This document shows positions 17,725 through 27,400 of a DNA stretch of 64,000 nt, in pieces (position 1 is the stretch's first letter; the number at the start of each line of letters is the position of its first letter). Below the pieces are notes generated by a model that was not told the origin of the DNA, searched no databases, and worked only from the letters and a program-made list of their open reading frames with translations. Both the position numbers and the translations under genes were made by a program. Where the stretch lies: sequence record MZ475898.1; one strand, given 5' to 3'.

Positions 17725-18899
17725 TGAGGCAGATAACCGAAGTACAACAGGCTGTGCGTGTCGAACTTGTAGTTAAGGCTGAACGCCGTTAACTTGTTGA
17801 TGTTCGCACCGTGGAAACCCATCGAGTGTTTTTCTTCACGTCCGATAGACTTCAACAGCTCGCGCATGATACGCAGATCGAGGTGTGCACTCAGTTCGCG
17901 TTCAACAGGCTTGGCCAGTGACATACTGTCCTGCACGTTACCTGCGTCAGTACCAAACTTGAACTTGATCTCTTTCTTCTTCAAGATGATCTTTGCACTG
18001 GTGTTACCCTTCTTCTCAATCAACGTCGAGATGTTGGTGAACGGTGCAGACAGATCGCCTTTGACAACAACGCCAATCAACGGTTTGCCGAGTTGCGCCA
18101 GCATGTTATCCATGTAACGGTAATCTTCATCGCTCGCCTGAATCGGAGGCAGTGTCAAAACGAATGAATCAGACTCAGCAGCAAACGAACTACTGTCAAC
18201 GTGGAACGTTACCTTCTCTTCACCGCAGAAGCGATAAACGAGGTCGAACATCGCACCTGTCAGACTGAAACGGAACGGCTCTGCTTTCTTTTTCAGATCA
18301 CAGACATAACGAGAAGACGTCCAGTGACCAGGACTTTGAATCTTCATCGATTTACCATCACACACAACACGACAGATAACGGTCTGGTTAGTGATCGTAT
18401 CTTTCATGCTAGTCAGACGCACACCCTGAGTCATTGCGTCTATTACTTCACGCGACATAGGATGACCGCCGGAGATGTGGTGCTTGAGACCCTGCTCAAC
18501 CATCGGGATCTGTTCGTCAGACAGTGGACGGATTTTGAAATCAGCTTTGTACTTACCGTTCTGCTCTGCGATAGCAACTTGCTTACCATCAAACGTCAAG
18601 GTCAATTCTTTACGCTTGGTGATCAGACCGTTCAGACTGTTCGGGTCGATGTTAAACACCGTATCAGTGTCAGCAGTTGCGCCAGGTACCTGATAAGCAA
18701 CGAACGTATCAGGCGTACGGCCCAGAACGAAAACATCCGACTTGTAGGTTACGATCAGATGGATGTGCGTCAGCTTATCATCTGATTCAGAGAAACGAGT
18801 AACGCTATCAACACGCTTTAAAATGTCAGACAACAACGTGCCTGTAAGCGTAATGTTGCAGGACTTTGATGGTTTTTTAGGAAGTCGGCAGGTCTTCAT
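17721..18899 (-). CDS. dnaN: Putative DNA sliding clamp (beta-subunit-like)
   Basis: 392 aa; three ~120-aa repeats of helix/strand pattern; next to the DNA polymerase; DnaX-like loader present in the window. Confidence 0.62.
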   Translation of the reverse strand: MKTCRLPKKPSKSCNITLTGTLLSDILKRVDSVTRFSESDDKLTHIHLIVTYKSDVFVLGRTPDTFVAYQVPGATADTDTVFNIDPNSLNGLITKRKELTLTFDGKQVAIAEQNGKYKADFKIRPLSDEQIPMVEQGLKHHISGGHPMSREVIDAMTQGVRLTSMKDTITNQTVICRVVCDGKSMKIQSPGHWTSSRYVCDLKKKAEPFRFSLTGAMFDLVYRFCGEEKVTFHVDSSSFAAESDSFVLTLPPIQASDEDYRYMDNMLAQLGKPLIGVVVKGDLSAPFTNISTLIEKKGNTSAKIILKKKEIKFKFGTDAGNVQDSMSLAKPVERELSAHLDLRIMRELLKSIGREEKHSMGFHGANINKLTAFSLNYKFDTHSLLYFGYLPQ

Positions 18900-19161
18900 T
18901 TTTGTCCTCTAAAACAAATTGGAGAATACCCTCAATGTTTACAGCTTTCAGTTGCTGTCCTGTCTGCATCAACAGGCCATTGAGCACGCCGAGTAAATCA
19001 GCGCTGTGGCAATTGGGTGCAATCTGATGAACGAAAATATCGTCAGGGATATCACCAGGATTAAGCTGCCAAGCAGTACGCAAGGCAGCTCCCATGAATG
19101 ACGGTCGTTCTACCAGTTGCTTGTTCAGGAACGAACAAACATCTTCGGCGCTCAACATCAT
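18877..19161 (-). CDS. Hypothetical protein (94 aa)
   Basis: Coupled to the polymerase stop; fills the gap. Confidence 0.6.
   Translation of the reverse strand: MMLSAEDVCSFLNKQLVERPSFMGAALRTAWQLNPGDIPDDIFVHQIAPNCHSADLLGVLNGLLMQTGQQLKAVNIEGILQFVLEDKNEDLPTS
18936..18944 (-). promoter_or_regulatory. CTGTAAACA promoter-like motif
   Basis: ~37 nt upstream of the clamp gene, inside the preceding ORF. Confidence 0.45.
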
Positions 19162-22100
19162 TTCTTCGTAATCCTCTTGACTGCGTTCTTGAGGAGACTG
19201 CGGCTGATTTTGATTTTCTTCTTCGCATCACCAGCAGCTGCGGCAGCTTTCTTAGCCTTCTCTTCGGCTTCGTATGCTTCCCACTGCTTGATGTTCTTCG
19301 GAAGTTCTTTCTTCCACAGATCGATGTTCTTCTGATCTTTCTTGGTCAGAGGATTCACTTTGCCCATAGAACGAATCTTTATACCATTGGCCCACAGTTG
19401 CTTCTGCATCCACGTGGACATGAGATGGTACTGGTCTTCCATGATGCTATCAAGTTTCTTATCGACGTCGAGATCAGCTTCGCCCAACTCATCACGCTTC
19501 TGCTCAAGGCCAGCACGAATATGCTTCCTGAGTTGTTCGTAAGAGAAGTCCCAGCCTTCAACGTCTTTCTCTGATGCACCGATCTCAAAGTCGATCTCAG
19601 GCACAGACGTGAACTCAAACCCTGGATGACGTTTCTGCACAAGTTCGACCACTGCACTTGTCATGGCACGCTCAATCATATCAAGCGCGAGGAAAATCCA
19701 ATCATAGTGACAGTCAACGGTCAAGGAGTCATGTACCGATACGTTCATATCAAAGTCAGGATAGACACCGTTTGCTTTCCAGTACTCAAACTTCATGCGG
19801 TCCAGAATACGAATCGCACTCATCATCAAGTCAGAACCAAAGCCCTGAACTGGACTGTTTACCGCACGACGGTTACATGCTGCATGAACCATGTTCGCGT
19901 CTTTATGCGACTCAGGTAACATGAAGCCCCACAGGTAACGACGACGACCAACAGGCGATTCAACGAAGAAGTTCTGATGAGCAAAACTCTGAATCTTATC
20001 AAACCACTTCAAGCCAACAGGGAAACGTTTAAGGAACTTGCCTTTGATCTCTTCGATCTCACCAACTTCACGACCAGTTGACTTCGCAAGACCTTTGTTA
20101 CCCTGCTGGTAGATCAGTCCAAAGATTACTGTCTTAACCGCGTTACGTACGGACTTTGTTACGTCCATTACGTTTGGAATACCGAAGAAGTATGCGGCGT
20201 TAATCTTATGCACGTCACCTTCTGCTTCTACGCGGTGTTTAATCCACGGGTCAGGCACGGTACGATAACGATGACGCAATTCACGACCTTGTTCGAATAC
20301 GTCTGCTACGCCTTGGTCACCCGAGATGATTGACCAACCTCTAACTTCGTGCGCTGAGTAGTCGACCTTGATTAACAGGCGATTCTTACGCGCAATCAGA
20401 ATACGTTTGATCAACTTACCCATCTCGCTACGACTCGGGACCTGTTGCAAGTTCGGGTCAGATGCAGATGTACGACCTGTCACAACTTTTAGATAGCTGT
20501 ACGTCGGTCGAATCGAACGGTCATGCTTGAAGTCCTCACTCTCACCCCACAGCTTCAACAGGCTGTTAACGTAGGCGTTCTTGAGTTTGTACGCTTTACC
20601 TAACTTGGTATACAGCGAAACAAGAGGAAGTTCTTTGTACGCCTCTTGGAAGTCTTTATCGAGCTTCGCAGACTTCTTACCGTTATCACGGAGTTGCTCG
20701 CCTTCCTTTAGAGGCTTTAAGCGCATCACATCGATGAACAGGATTTGCTTATGCTCCTGCTTCGACATATCGAACTTCGTGACCTCGACTTTGCCCATAA
20801 GACCCATCTTAGGAACATTGTCGTCTCTGCATATCACGGCGTTCGCTGCTTTGACCTCAGGACTCGACATAAACTCGCGTTCAACGTTTCGAATCTCTTC
20901 ATTGATTGGACTGTTTGGCAGGTTGAGCTTAAACAGGTAATCAATGTCGGCACCAGCGCCTGTTGTTTCCAAGACACTGAACGCATGAATCTGGTCAGAG
21001 ATTTGCTCACCCACCAGCGACTCATACTTCGTGTACTTGCTATCGACGCCACGCTTAATCTGAGACAGATAGATACGGAACGGAACGATAACGTCAAGGC
21101 CCGCATACTCCTGCACAGCTTCGTCAAGGTCAGAGTCGGCGATTGTCGCACGCATCTCCTTACCAAACGATACTTCGTGATAAACAGTCGTACCGTACTG
21201 CATTGCGAGGTTGGCTAAGTTGTAATAACCTTGGCCAGTAACGGTCAACAGCGACTTCGCGTTTTCATCGTTACCAAACTCACCCGCTTGAATATCCCAG
21301 ACGTCAGCGCAATAACTACGAATGCCAAAGTTGGAGCGCATTACGTTCAGGTCAAACTTCGCATTCGTATAGATCTGAACCTTGTTGTCGTTGTCTTCGA
21401 AGTAGTCACGGAACATATCACTAATTCGACGCAACTCTTTACCGCTGAACGGACTGTCCCTGTGATAGATTGGAATCACATAGGCTGTCTCACCGTCGCA
21501 CGACAACTGCACGGTCTGAATCTTGTTTTTGATTCGATTCAGGTTCTCGGTTTCTGTATCGACTGCGACCAGCTTAGCACGCTTCATCTTTTTCAAGATT
21601 TTCTCAAGCTGCTTAACTTTGGTCACATACACCAGCTTCCAGTTACGGTTCTTACCGCAAGTCACTGGCTTAATCGCATAGCGCATACCCTTGTTGAGCC
21701 ACGGCAACATCCAACGTGCCATGTAACCCAGAGTATACGACGATGCGTTTATCACAGCAGGGTTCAGGACTGTGTGATAACTAACGTTCGGCAGATGGAT
21801 GAAGCTGTGCTTCTTGCCATCGTGCTTGAGCTTGGTGGGTATCTCAACTCCGTACCAGTGCTCATAGTGTTCTTTTGAATACTGAATCCTTTCATTGTTG
21901 AGCGCCTTGAACGGAGCTTTACCAAAAGTCAGAACGTAGTCTGGCTTGTAGTCAACAATCAGATCACGAATACGATCAGCGAATGCTTGGTCAGCATCTT
22001 CCTTGTACTGCTCAGACTTGTCATACGTCTTGAACATGTTGTAGCTAACAACGAGGAAGTTCCAATCGTCTAACGTGGTCTTTGTCGGGAACACGTCTTC

Positions 22101-22322
22101 GAGATACTGAATCTGATTCAGGAACAATTCACCTTCTGTGCTGCTAAAGATTTTACCATTACGCAGGTCATCAGTTGGCATGTGGTCAAGGACAAGTAGT
22201 GCTTTACCGCCTTTGGCGCTTTTACTAACGCCTTTTAAAATACGAACCCCGTCATAAGTCTGCACGTCGGCAAACTGTTCAGGTGGATCGAAGTCAAGAG
22301 CAACGTGCTTGATTTTCACCAT
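19158..22322 (-). CDS. polA: Family A DNA polymerase with N-terminal UDG-like domain and 3'-5' exonuclease
   Basis: Exo I VAVDTETENL, Exo II NAKFDL, TGRTSASDPNLQQVP, motif A DYSAHEVR, motif B KTVIFGLIY, NSPVQG, motif C VHDSL; N-terminal KPDYVLTFGKAPF...H.P resembles the UDG fold. Confidence 0.95.
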   Translation of the reverse strand: MVKIKHVALDFDPPEQFADVQTYDGVRILKGVSKSAKGGKALLVLDHMPTDDLRNGKIFSSTEGELFLNQIQYLEDVFPTKTTLDDWNFLVVSYNMFKTYDKSEQYKEDADQAFADRIRDLIVDYKPDYVLTFGKAPFKALNNERIQYSKEHYEHWYGVEIPTKLKHDGKKHSFIHLPNVSYHTVLNPAVINASSYTLGYMARWMLPWLNKGMRYAIKPVTCGKNRNWKLVYVTKVKQLEKILKKMKRAKLVAVDTETENLNRIKNKIQTVQLSCDGETAYVIPIYHRDSPFSGKELRRISDMFRDYFEDNDNKVQIYTNAKFDLNVMRSNFGIRSYCADVWDIQAGEFGNDENAKSLLTVTGQGYYNLANLAMQYGTTVYHEVSFGKEMRATIADSDLDEAVQEYAGLDVIVPFRIYLSQIKRGVDSKYTKYESLVGEQISDQIHAFSVLETTGAGADIDYLFKLNLPNSPINEEIRNVEREFMSSPEVKAANAVICRDDNVPKMGLMGKVEVTKFDMSKQEHKQILFIDVMRLKPLKEGEQLRDNGKKSAKLDKDFQEAYKELPLVSLYTKLGKAYKLKNAYVNSLLKLWGESEDFKHDRSIRPTYSYLKVVTGRTSASDPNLQQVPSRSEMGKLIKRILIARKNRLLIKVDYSAHEVRGWSIISGDQGVADVFEQGRELRHRYRTVPDPWIKHRVEAEGDVHKINAAYFFGIPNVMDVTKSVRNAVKTVIFGLIYQQGNKGLAKSTGREVGEIEEIKGKFLKRFPVGLKWFDKIQSFAHQNFFVESPVGRRRYLWGFMLPESHKDANMVHAACNRRAVNSPVQGFGSDLMMSAIRILDRMKFEYWKANGVYPDFDMNVSVHDSLTVDCHYDWIFLALDMIERAMTSAVVELVQKRHPGFEFTSVPEIDFEIGASEKDVEGWDFSYEQLRKHIRAGLEQKRDELGEADLDVDKKLDSIMEDQYHLMSTWMQKQLWANGIKIRSMGKVNPLTKKDQKNIDLWKKELPKNIKQWEAYEAEEKAKKAAAAAGDAKKKIKISRSLLKNAVKRITKK

Positions 22323-22361
22323 CTAGTCCTATCAGAGTGTGTAACACAATATGATGGCTGT

Positions 22362-22370
22362 TATTTACAG
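22362..22370 (-). promoter_or_regulatory. CTGTAAATA promoter-like motif
   Basis: Intergenic, between a terminator and the polA start. Confidence 0.65.
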
Positions 22371-22383
22371 ATTTAGAAACGAG

Positions 22384-22407
22384 AAAGGGCAGCCGAAGCC
22401 ACCCTTT
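22384..22407 (-). terminator. Rho-independent terminator, identical 24-mer to 11041-11064
   Basis: AAAGGGTGGCTTCGGCTGCCCTTT. Confidence 0.85.
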
Positions 22408-22423
22408 GTGATTTAACAGAGAC

Positions 22424-23590
22424 TTATTTTGCAGTGCCCTTGACAGCGGCAACGAACGCAGCGAACGCCTTATCGAAGTCGTTGAACGTACCCAACTGCT
22501 TAGCTTTGCGATTGTCTGGATGACCGTGAACTACTTCTTCAATGTGCTCACCGAACTTCACGCTTGCCACAGTGAATTTACCTTTGCCCATGAAATCCTT
22601 GTAGGAGAATTTCATGTCAGCGCTTTCACCGAAAACGATAGCAGTGTTCGGGCCGTCCGGAGACGAGGTATAGAAGTAGAAGGAATCGCCTGAGCCATTC
22701 TCGCCAATGCCGCCGATAGCGCGTGCAGGAACCTTTTTAATTCCAGAGAACTTAGCGATGCGCTTACCTGCCAGCACATCATCGCCGTCATCTTCATCAA
22801 ACAGGTTACCGAACTCAACCATGCTGTGAACATTTACGTTAGTCGCAGAAGACACAGGCGTCTTACCGTGGTTCTTGTTGATTGCAGCCTTGATGCCTTC
22901 AAAGTCATTGAACGCGAATGACTTATCATCAGCACCAGTGTTCAGGCTAAGAATCCATTTGCCTTTGCTTGTGCCGTTGTAGGGGTCATCAAAGGTCAGG
23001 TGAACGCTGAGCTGGCCGACATGACCGTCCATTTCCCACTCTTCGCCTGGCTTAGACTTGAACGACTCACCACGGTTATCGATACCGTAAGTCAGTTGTT
23101 CGAGACCGAGAATGTGAACCAGTTTGTTAGTGAAAGCAACGCGCTGTGCGTGCGTCATCTTACGCAGGCCCGCAACAGTAACATCACCGATAGCAGACTG
23201 ATCAACAGCAGACAACTGCTTGGCAGCACCGCGCTTAGTTGTAGCAGCAACAGCGTTACCTGCAGCTGGTTTGATTTTGATTGCACGCAGTGCATTAATG
23301 GTAGCCACCAACGTCTTCGCTTTGTACAGGTTACGCACAGCGGTGACGAGGGTTTTACCAGCAGCTTTCTTGGCGAGGCTCTGAGTAGCATCTTCGTCTT
23401 TCAGCAGCTCAAGCAGCGTAGACAACTTAGACGTGTCTAGCTCTTTGATCTTAACCAGCTCTTCCAGACGTTTGATAATCACAGCAGCGTTCTTACCAAA
23501 CAGGATGGTGGCGTTAGCCAGTTGCGGCTTAGTCGCAGATTCAGACTTAACCGTCTGCTCTTTATCCAGATTCAATTTAATCAGTGACAT
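22424..23590 (-). CDS. Putative internal head protein (MSLIKLNL...SESA family)
   Basis: N-terminus matches those of 42029-43108 and 43119-44120. Confidence 0.65.
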   Translation of the reverse strand: MSLIKLNLDKEQTVKSESATKPQLANATILFGKNAAVIIKRLEELVKIKELDTSKLSTLLELLKDEDATQSLAKKAAGKTLVTAVRNLYKAKTLVATINALRAIKIKPAAGNAVAATTKRGAAKQLSAVDQSAIGDVTVAGLRKMTHAQRVAFTNKLVHILGLEQLTYGIDNRGESFKSKPGEEWEMDGHVGQLSVHLTFDDPYNGTSKGKWILSLNTGADDKSFAFNDFEGIKAAINKNHGKTPVSSATNVNVHSMVEFGNLFDEDDGDDVLAGKRIAKFSGIKKVPARAIGGIGENGSGDSFYFYTSSPDGPNTAIVFGESADMKFSYKDFMGKGKFTVASVKFGEHIEEVVHGHPDNRKAKQLGTFNDFDKAFAAFVAAVKGTAK

Positions 23591-23599
23591 GTTAAGTCC

Positions 23600-24151
23600 T
23601 TACTTGCGGTTTTTAGTCCAGTTAGAATTTTGAGGTTTCTTTTCGCTTTGTGGCGAAGTGTTTTCCTCGTTAATCTCCTCCTCGTCCTCATCTTCGTCCT
23701 CGACGACAGGCTCAGCAGCAGGCGCGGCTTCGATCTTAGTCACTTCGAGAATTTGAGAGGGCAGTGGATTCTGATTTACAGATGAAGCGACAGCAGCAGG
23801 TTCGCTTACTGGAGGCTCTACAGCAGCAGTCGCACCCACAACATGCTCGTGGACGATCTGCTTAGTCAGCAACGCACCTTTCTCAGCGAGAATCTGATCA
23901 GCACGTTCTTGGTCCCACTTAACCCACAGGATATCGAGACCCTTATGTGCGTACATGAAACCCTGAGGCAGCTTGCCACGACCGTTGAACGGCAGACCGT
24001 TAGAAGGAACGCCTGGTTCGAACTCGTCCATCAGTTCCCACTTGCGCTTAGCCGTGATACACTTCGGTCCCCACACACCGTCACATGCACCGTCGTACAG
24101 ATCGAGCATGGTCATGATGACTTGGAGCTTCTGATAGAATTTATTCAGCAT
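23600..24151 (-). CDS. Protein with N-terminal peptidoglycan-binding-like domain and acidic tail
   Basis: LQ...L...G..DGVWGP.C..A pattern of PG_binding_1. Confidence 0.6.
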   Translation of the reverse strand: MLNKFYQKLQVIMTMLDLYDGACDGVWGPKCITAKRKWELMDEFEPGVPSNGLPFNGRGKLPQGFMYAHKGLDILWVKWDQERADQILAEKGALLTKQIVHEHVVGATAAVEPPVSEPAAVASSVNQNPLPSQILEVTKIEAAPAAEPVVEDEDEDEEEINEENTSPQSEKKPQNSNWTKNRK

Positions 24152-24413
24152 CTTTCTTTTTCTCCGGACGAGGGACGTCTTTGCCGATGATACGTTTGAA
24201 CAAACGCAGAGCCATAACAGCTTCGGTCTGAGCCATACGAGATTGCTGCTGGAACTGCATCGGATTTTCTTTCATCCAATCAACTACACGCTGCAACTCA
24301 CGCGCAGTAATCAGCTTCTGCGCCAGCTTACCTTGAAGATACACACGAACACCAGTAGTCGAAATCTTCGCTGCACTGGTGCTCTCTGCCAAATTGATCA
24401 CAATCTTAGTCAT
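24141..24413 (-). CDS. Small protein with MTKIVINLAESTSA N-terminus
   Basis: 90-aa ORF with RBS; N-terminal tag similar to the MSLIKINL...SESA family. Confidence 0.7.
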   Translation of the reverse strand: MTKIVINLAESTSAAKISTTGVRVYLQGKLAQKLITARELQRVVDWMKENPMQFQQQSRMAQTEAVMALRLFKRIIGKDVPRPEKKKDAE

Positions 24414-24425
24414 TGTCTTTTCCTT

Positions 24426-24449
24426 AAAAGAAAGGGGCCGAAGCCCCTT
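24426..24449 (-). terminator. Rho-independent terminator
   Basis: AAGGGGC-TTCG-GCCCCTT-TCTTTT. Confidence 0.88.
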
Positions 24450-24452
24450 GTC

Positions 24453-27400
24453 TTACACTGACTTGTCTTTCGACGCAGTGAGTTTCAGTTTGGTCAACGC
24501 AGCCAGACACTGTTTCATGTTCGGGATGCTGTAGCCAGCTTTCTGAATACGGTTGATACGCGCTTTCGCACCAGCAACGTTCTTCACGAAGCTAATCCAC
24601 ATACCAGACGACAGGCTGAACGTACCGAACTTACGAGTGTTCGGGATTTTCGTTCCCACGAAGCGTTTCACTTTCGGGTTAGTCGCTAGGTCGAACATGA
24701 TGCGCAGACGATCTTCCATAACCATCGGATATGCTTTGATGTGCTTAACATCTTTCGCAGAGGTGTGACGAATCTGGAAGAACTGTTTCAACTGCGACTG
24801 TGCCTTAACAGCCAGCTGGTAGTTGAAGCTCAGCTTAGGCGTAGACTCATCGAAGAAGTCCTGAACGAACTCCAGACGGCGAGAGGATGGACCGTCAAAG
24901 TCCAGCTTCTTAGCCTCGATGAAGTCCAAGAACTTCTCAAAGTCAGAGTAGTACGCGCAATCGATATACACGTAATCCCCGAACTCGGTGAACTCGAAGT
25001 CCTTGAGCGCTTTCGCATCTGGGTCGGTCGCATCTGCGTACAGAGCAACGAAGCCGTTGTACACGGTAGGCGTCAGTTCCAGAGACATATCGGTACCGTC
25101 GTCCAGTGTAACAGCAGCACCACGAACAGCCTTGCGCACTTTGTTGTCCAGCGGAGGAAGCTCAGCAGCCTTACGACGACGAACACGGGCAGCTGCCTGC
25201 TCTACGCCTTCGTTGATTGGCTTACCTTCTTCTTTGTTCGCTTTACGTTGAGTAACGCGGGCGTTCTTACGCTCTTGAGCCTCAACTTTCTTCTCGGTTG
25301 CTTTCGAGTCGGCAGTTTGAGTCTCATCGGTCACGGTGTCTTCGACTTCAACGCGCTTGGCTTCTGCTTCAACACGCTTACGGTCTTTAGCTGTCGCCCA
25401 CGGCTTACGCACTTCAAAGAAGCGTTTCAGATCAGCAGGAGATACCTTACCAGCGTAATGCACTTTGTTCGCAGGCACAGTAACGATTTCCTCGCCACCA
25501 GCAAGACGAACACGCACGGTACTGATAGGGCTGTCAGCACGCAGCTTACCGTCAGCAGTACGAACCGTAACGCTCACGATGATACCGTTACCGAACTCAG
25601 TCACAACAGGTGCACGGTTCAGCGCGTCCTTCACGTTCTCGCCACTTGAGAAGTTCTGGTTGCGTGCCCAATCAAGCAGACGCTCCAGTCCCCAGTTATG
25701 ACGGTCTGGGATCTTCTGGTTAGCAACGATAGGTACCTGCTCCATGATACGGAAGTCACGCAGAGCCGGAGTAGCAGGCAGCGGCTGCATTGCTGCAATC
25801 GTTGTCTTACGCATCTCTTGGAACTCTTGCGCTTCAATATCGTTCAGGTCACGCTTGGCCAGGAAGTACGGTTTAAAGTCTTCCATCGTGTTGTTATCGA
25901 TCAACAGACTTGCATTCATCTTGATTGGAGCAAGCTGATACTGGTCGAGTTTTTCGTAGCGCTGGTTACCTTTCTCGTCGAAACGAGTTTTCTCCAGCGT
26001 CTTCCACATCAGACGTGCAACCTTACCTACTTCAAGAGTCTTGTTCGTCATCACCCAATCGATGAACACGGCTTCGCGTTTCATATCGCCGGGCTTACCG
26101 TTCTCATCAAGCACGGCAGCAGCAACGTCAGGACGGAAGATACGCGCAGTAGACTGATCGTATGTACCTGGAGACCACGGGGTGTCGCAGCGAATGATAC
26201 GACTACCCATCTGCATGTTGTGGCCTTCACTGATTGCCTGTTCGTTAGCAATCAGAATCTGCACACGGTCATCGGTCTTGAACGCGTCAAGGTTGGCCTC
26301 TTTGTTCTGGCCTAACTTACCGACTTCACCGTGATACACAACAGCGACCTTCTTATAGTTCTCAGGCAGAGAGTTATAGATTGCGTTTGCAGCACGCGTG
26401 TAGCGAGTGAACACAATCAGCTTGCCCTGAACCTCTGGCTTCCAGTAGTCCGGGTCTTCCGGAGGTGGAACCATTGAAGGAGGCAGTGTTTGGCGTTGGA
26501 ACTCTTCGGACTGTTTACGCGCCAGATACTTCTGACCCTGATAGACAGCCATGTCCAGTTCACGAGGAGTAACGCCCTGCGTCCAGTTAAAGATTTGCTG
26601 CTCTTTGACCATCGGGTCTCGTTCAGGCTGCACTTCAAAGTGCTTGCGAATACGCTCGATGATGGTCAGGACTTTCGCAGAAACGAACTTGGTGACGCCC
26701 GCGTTCTCAAACGTCAGACGAGCAACGTCATCACCCATCGGGTCGGTCAGCATCATCTCCATGCGCTGGAAGTACATGTTGAGGTCAGCGTTACCTGCGA
26801 GCAATGCGCCCAGGTCATCACCTTCTTCAATATCATCTTCATCAATGTCGTCAGAAGCAGTAGATTCTGCACCGTCCTCTTCGTCATCCTCACCCGCAGA
26901 TGCAGCACGGCGTTTGGCGTTGTTAGCAGCTTCCTGCAACTTCTCCAACACCTGAGCATACATCGCGTTATACACCTCTTGGTGCAGCGATGAGTTAGGC
27001 ACAGTCGGGTCATCAATCTCAACCTGAATGAAGGTATCGATTGGGTTCGGCAACATGAACGCCCAGTTCTTACGCTTGAACGAGATGAACGCCGTGTGGT
27101 TAGACATACGCGAGTGAGCACGACGAATCATTTCAATGTCGTCTTTCGCGCCGTCGTATGCAACGTCGAGAGAGTCACCGAACATCGCAGGCGTCATCAG
27201 TGCAGCCTGACCAACAATGTCACGCACGCGGTCAGTTACCAGAGTACCAGTAGCGATACGCGCATAGCGAACAGACGGTGCGGTGAATACTGCTTTGGTG
27301 TTGAAGTGCACCTGAGAGCCAGACTGGCCACCAGAGAAGTTCTTAACCTTGTGCGACTCATCCAACATAACGTAGCTGAAATTGAAGCGGTTAACGAACT

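Noticed and set aside
19158-22322. Intein or intron in PolA (or in the helicases and DnaX)
   Set aside because: Motif spacing is continuous; no C/S-start...HN-C/S/T splice junctions or LAGLIDADG blocks seen
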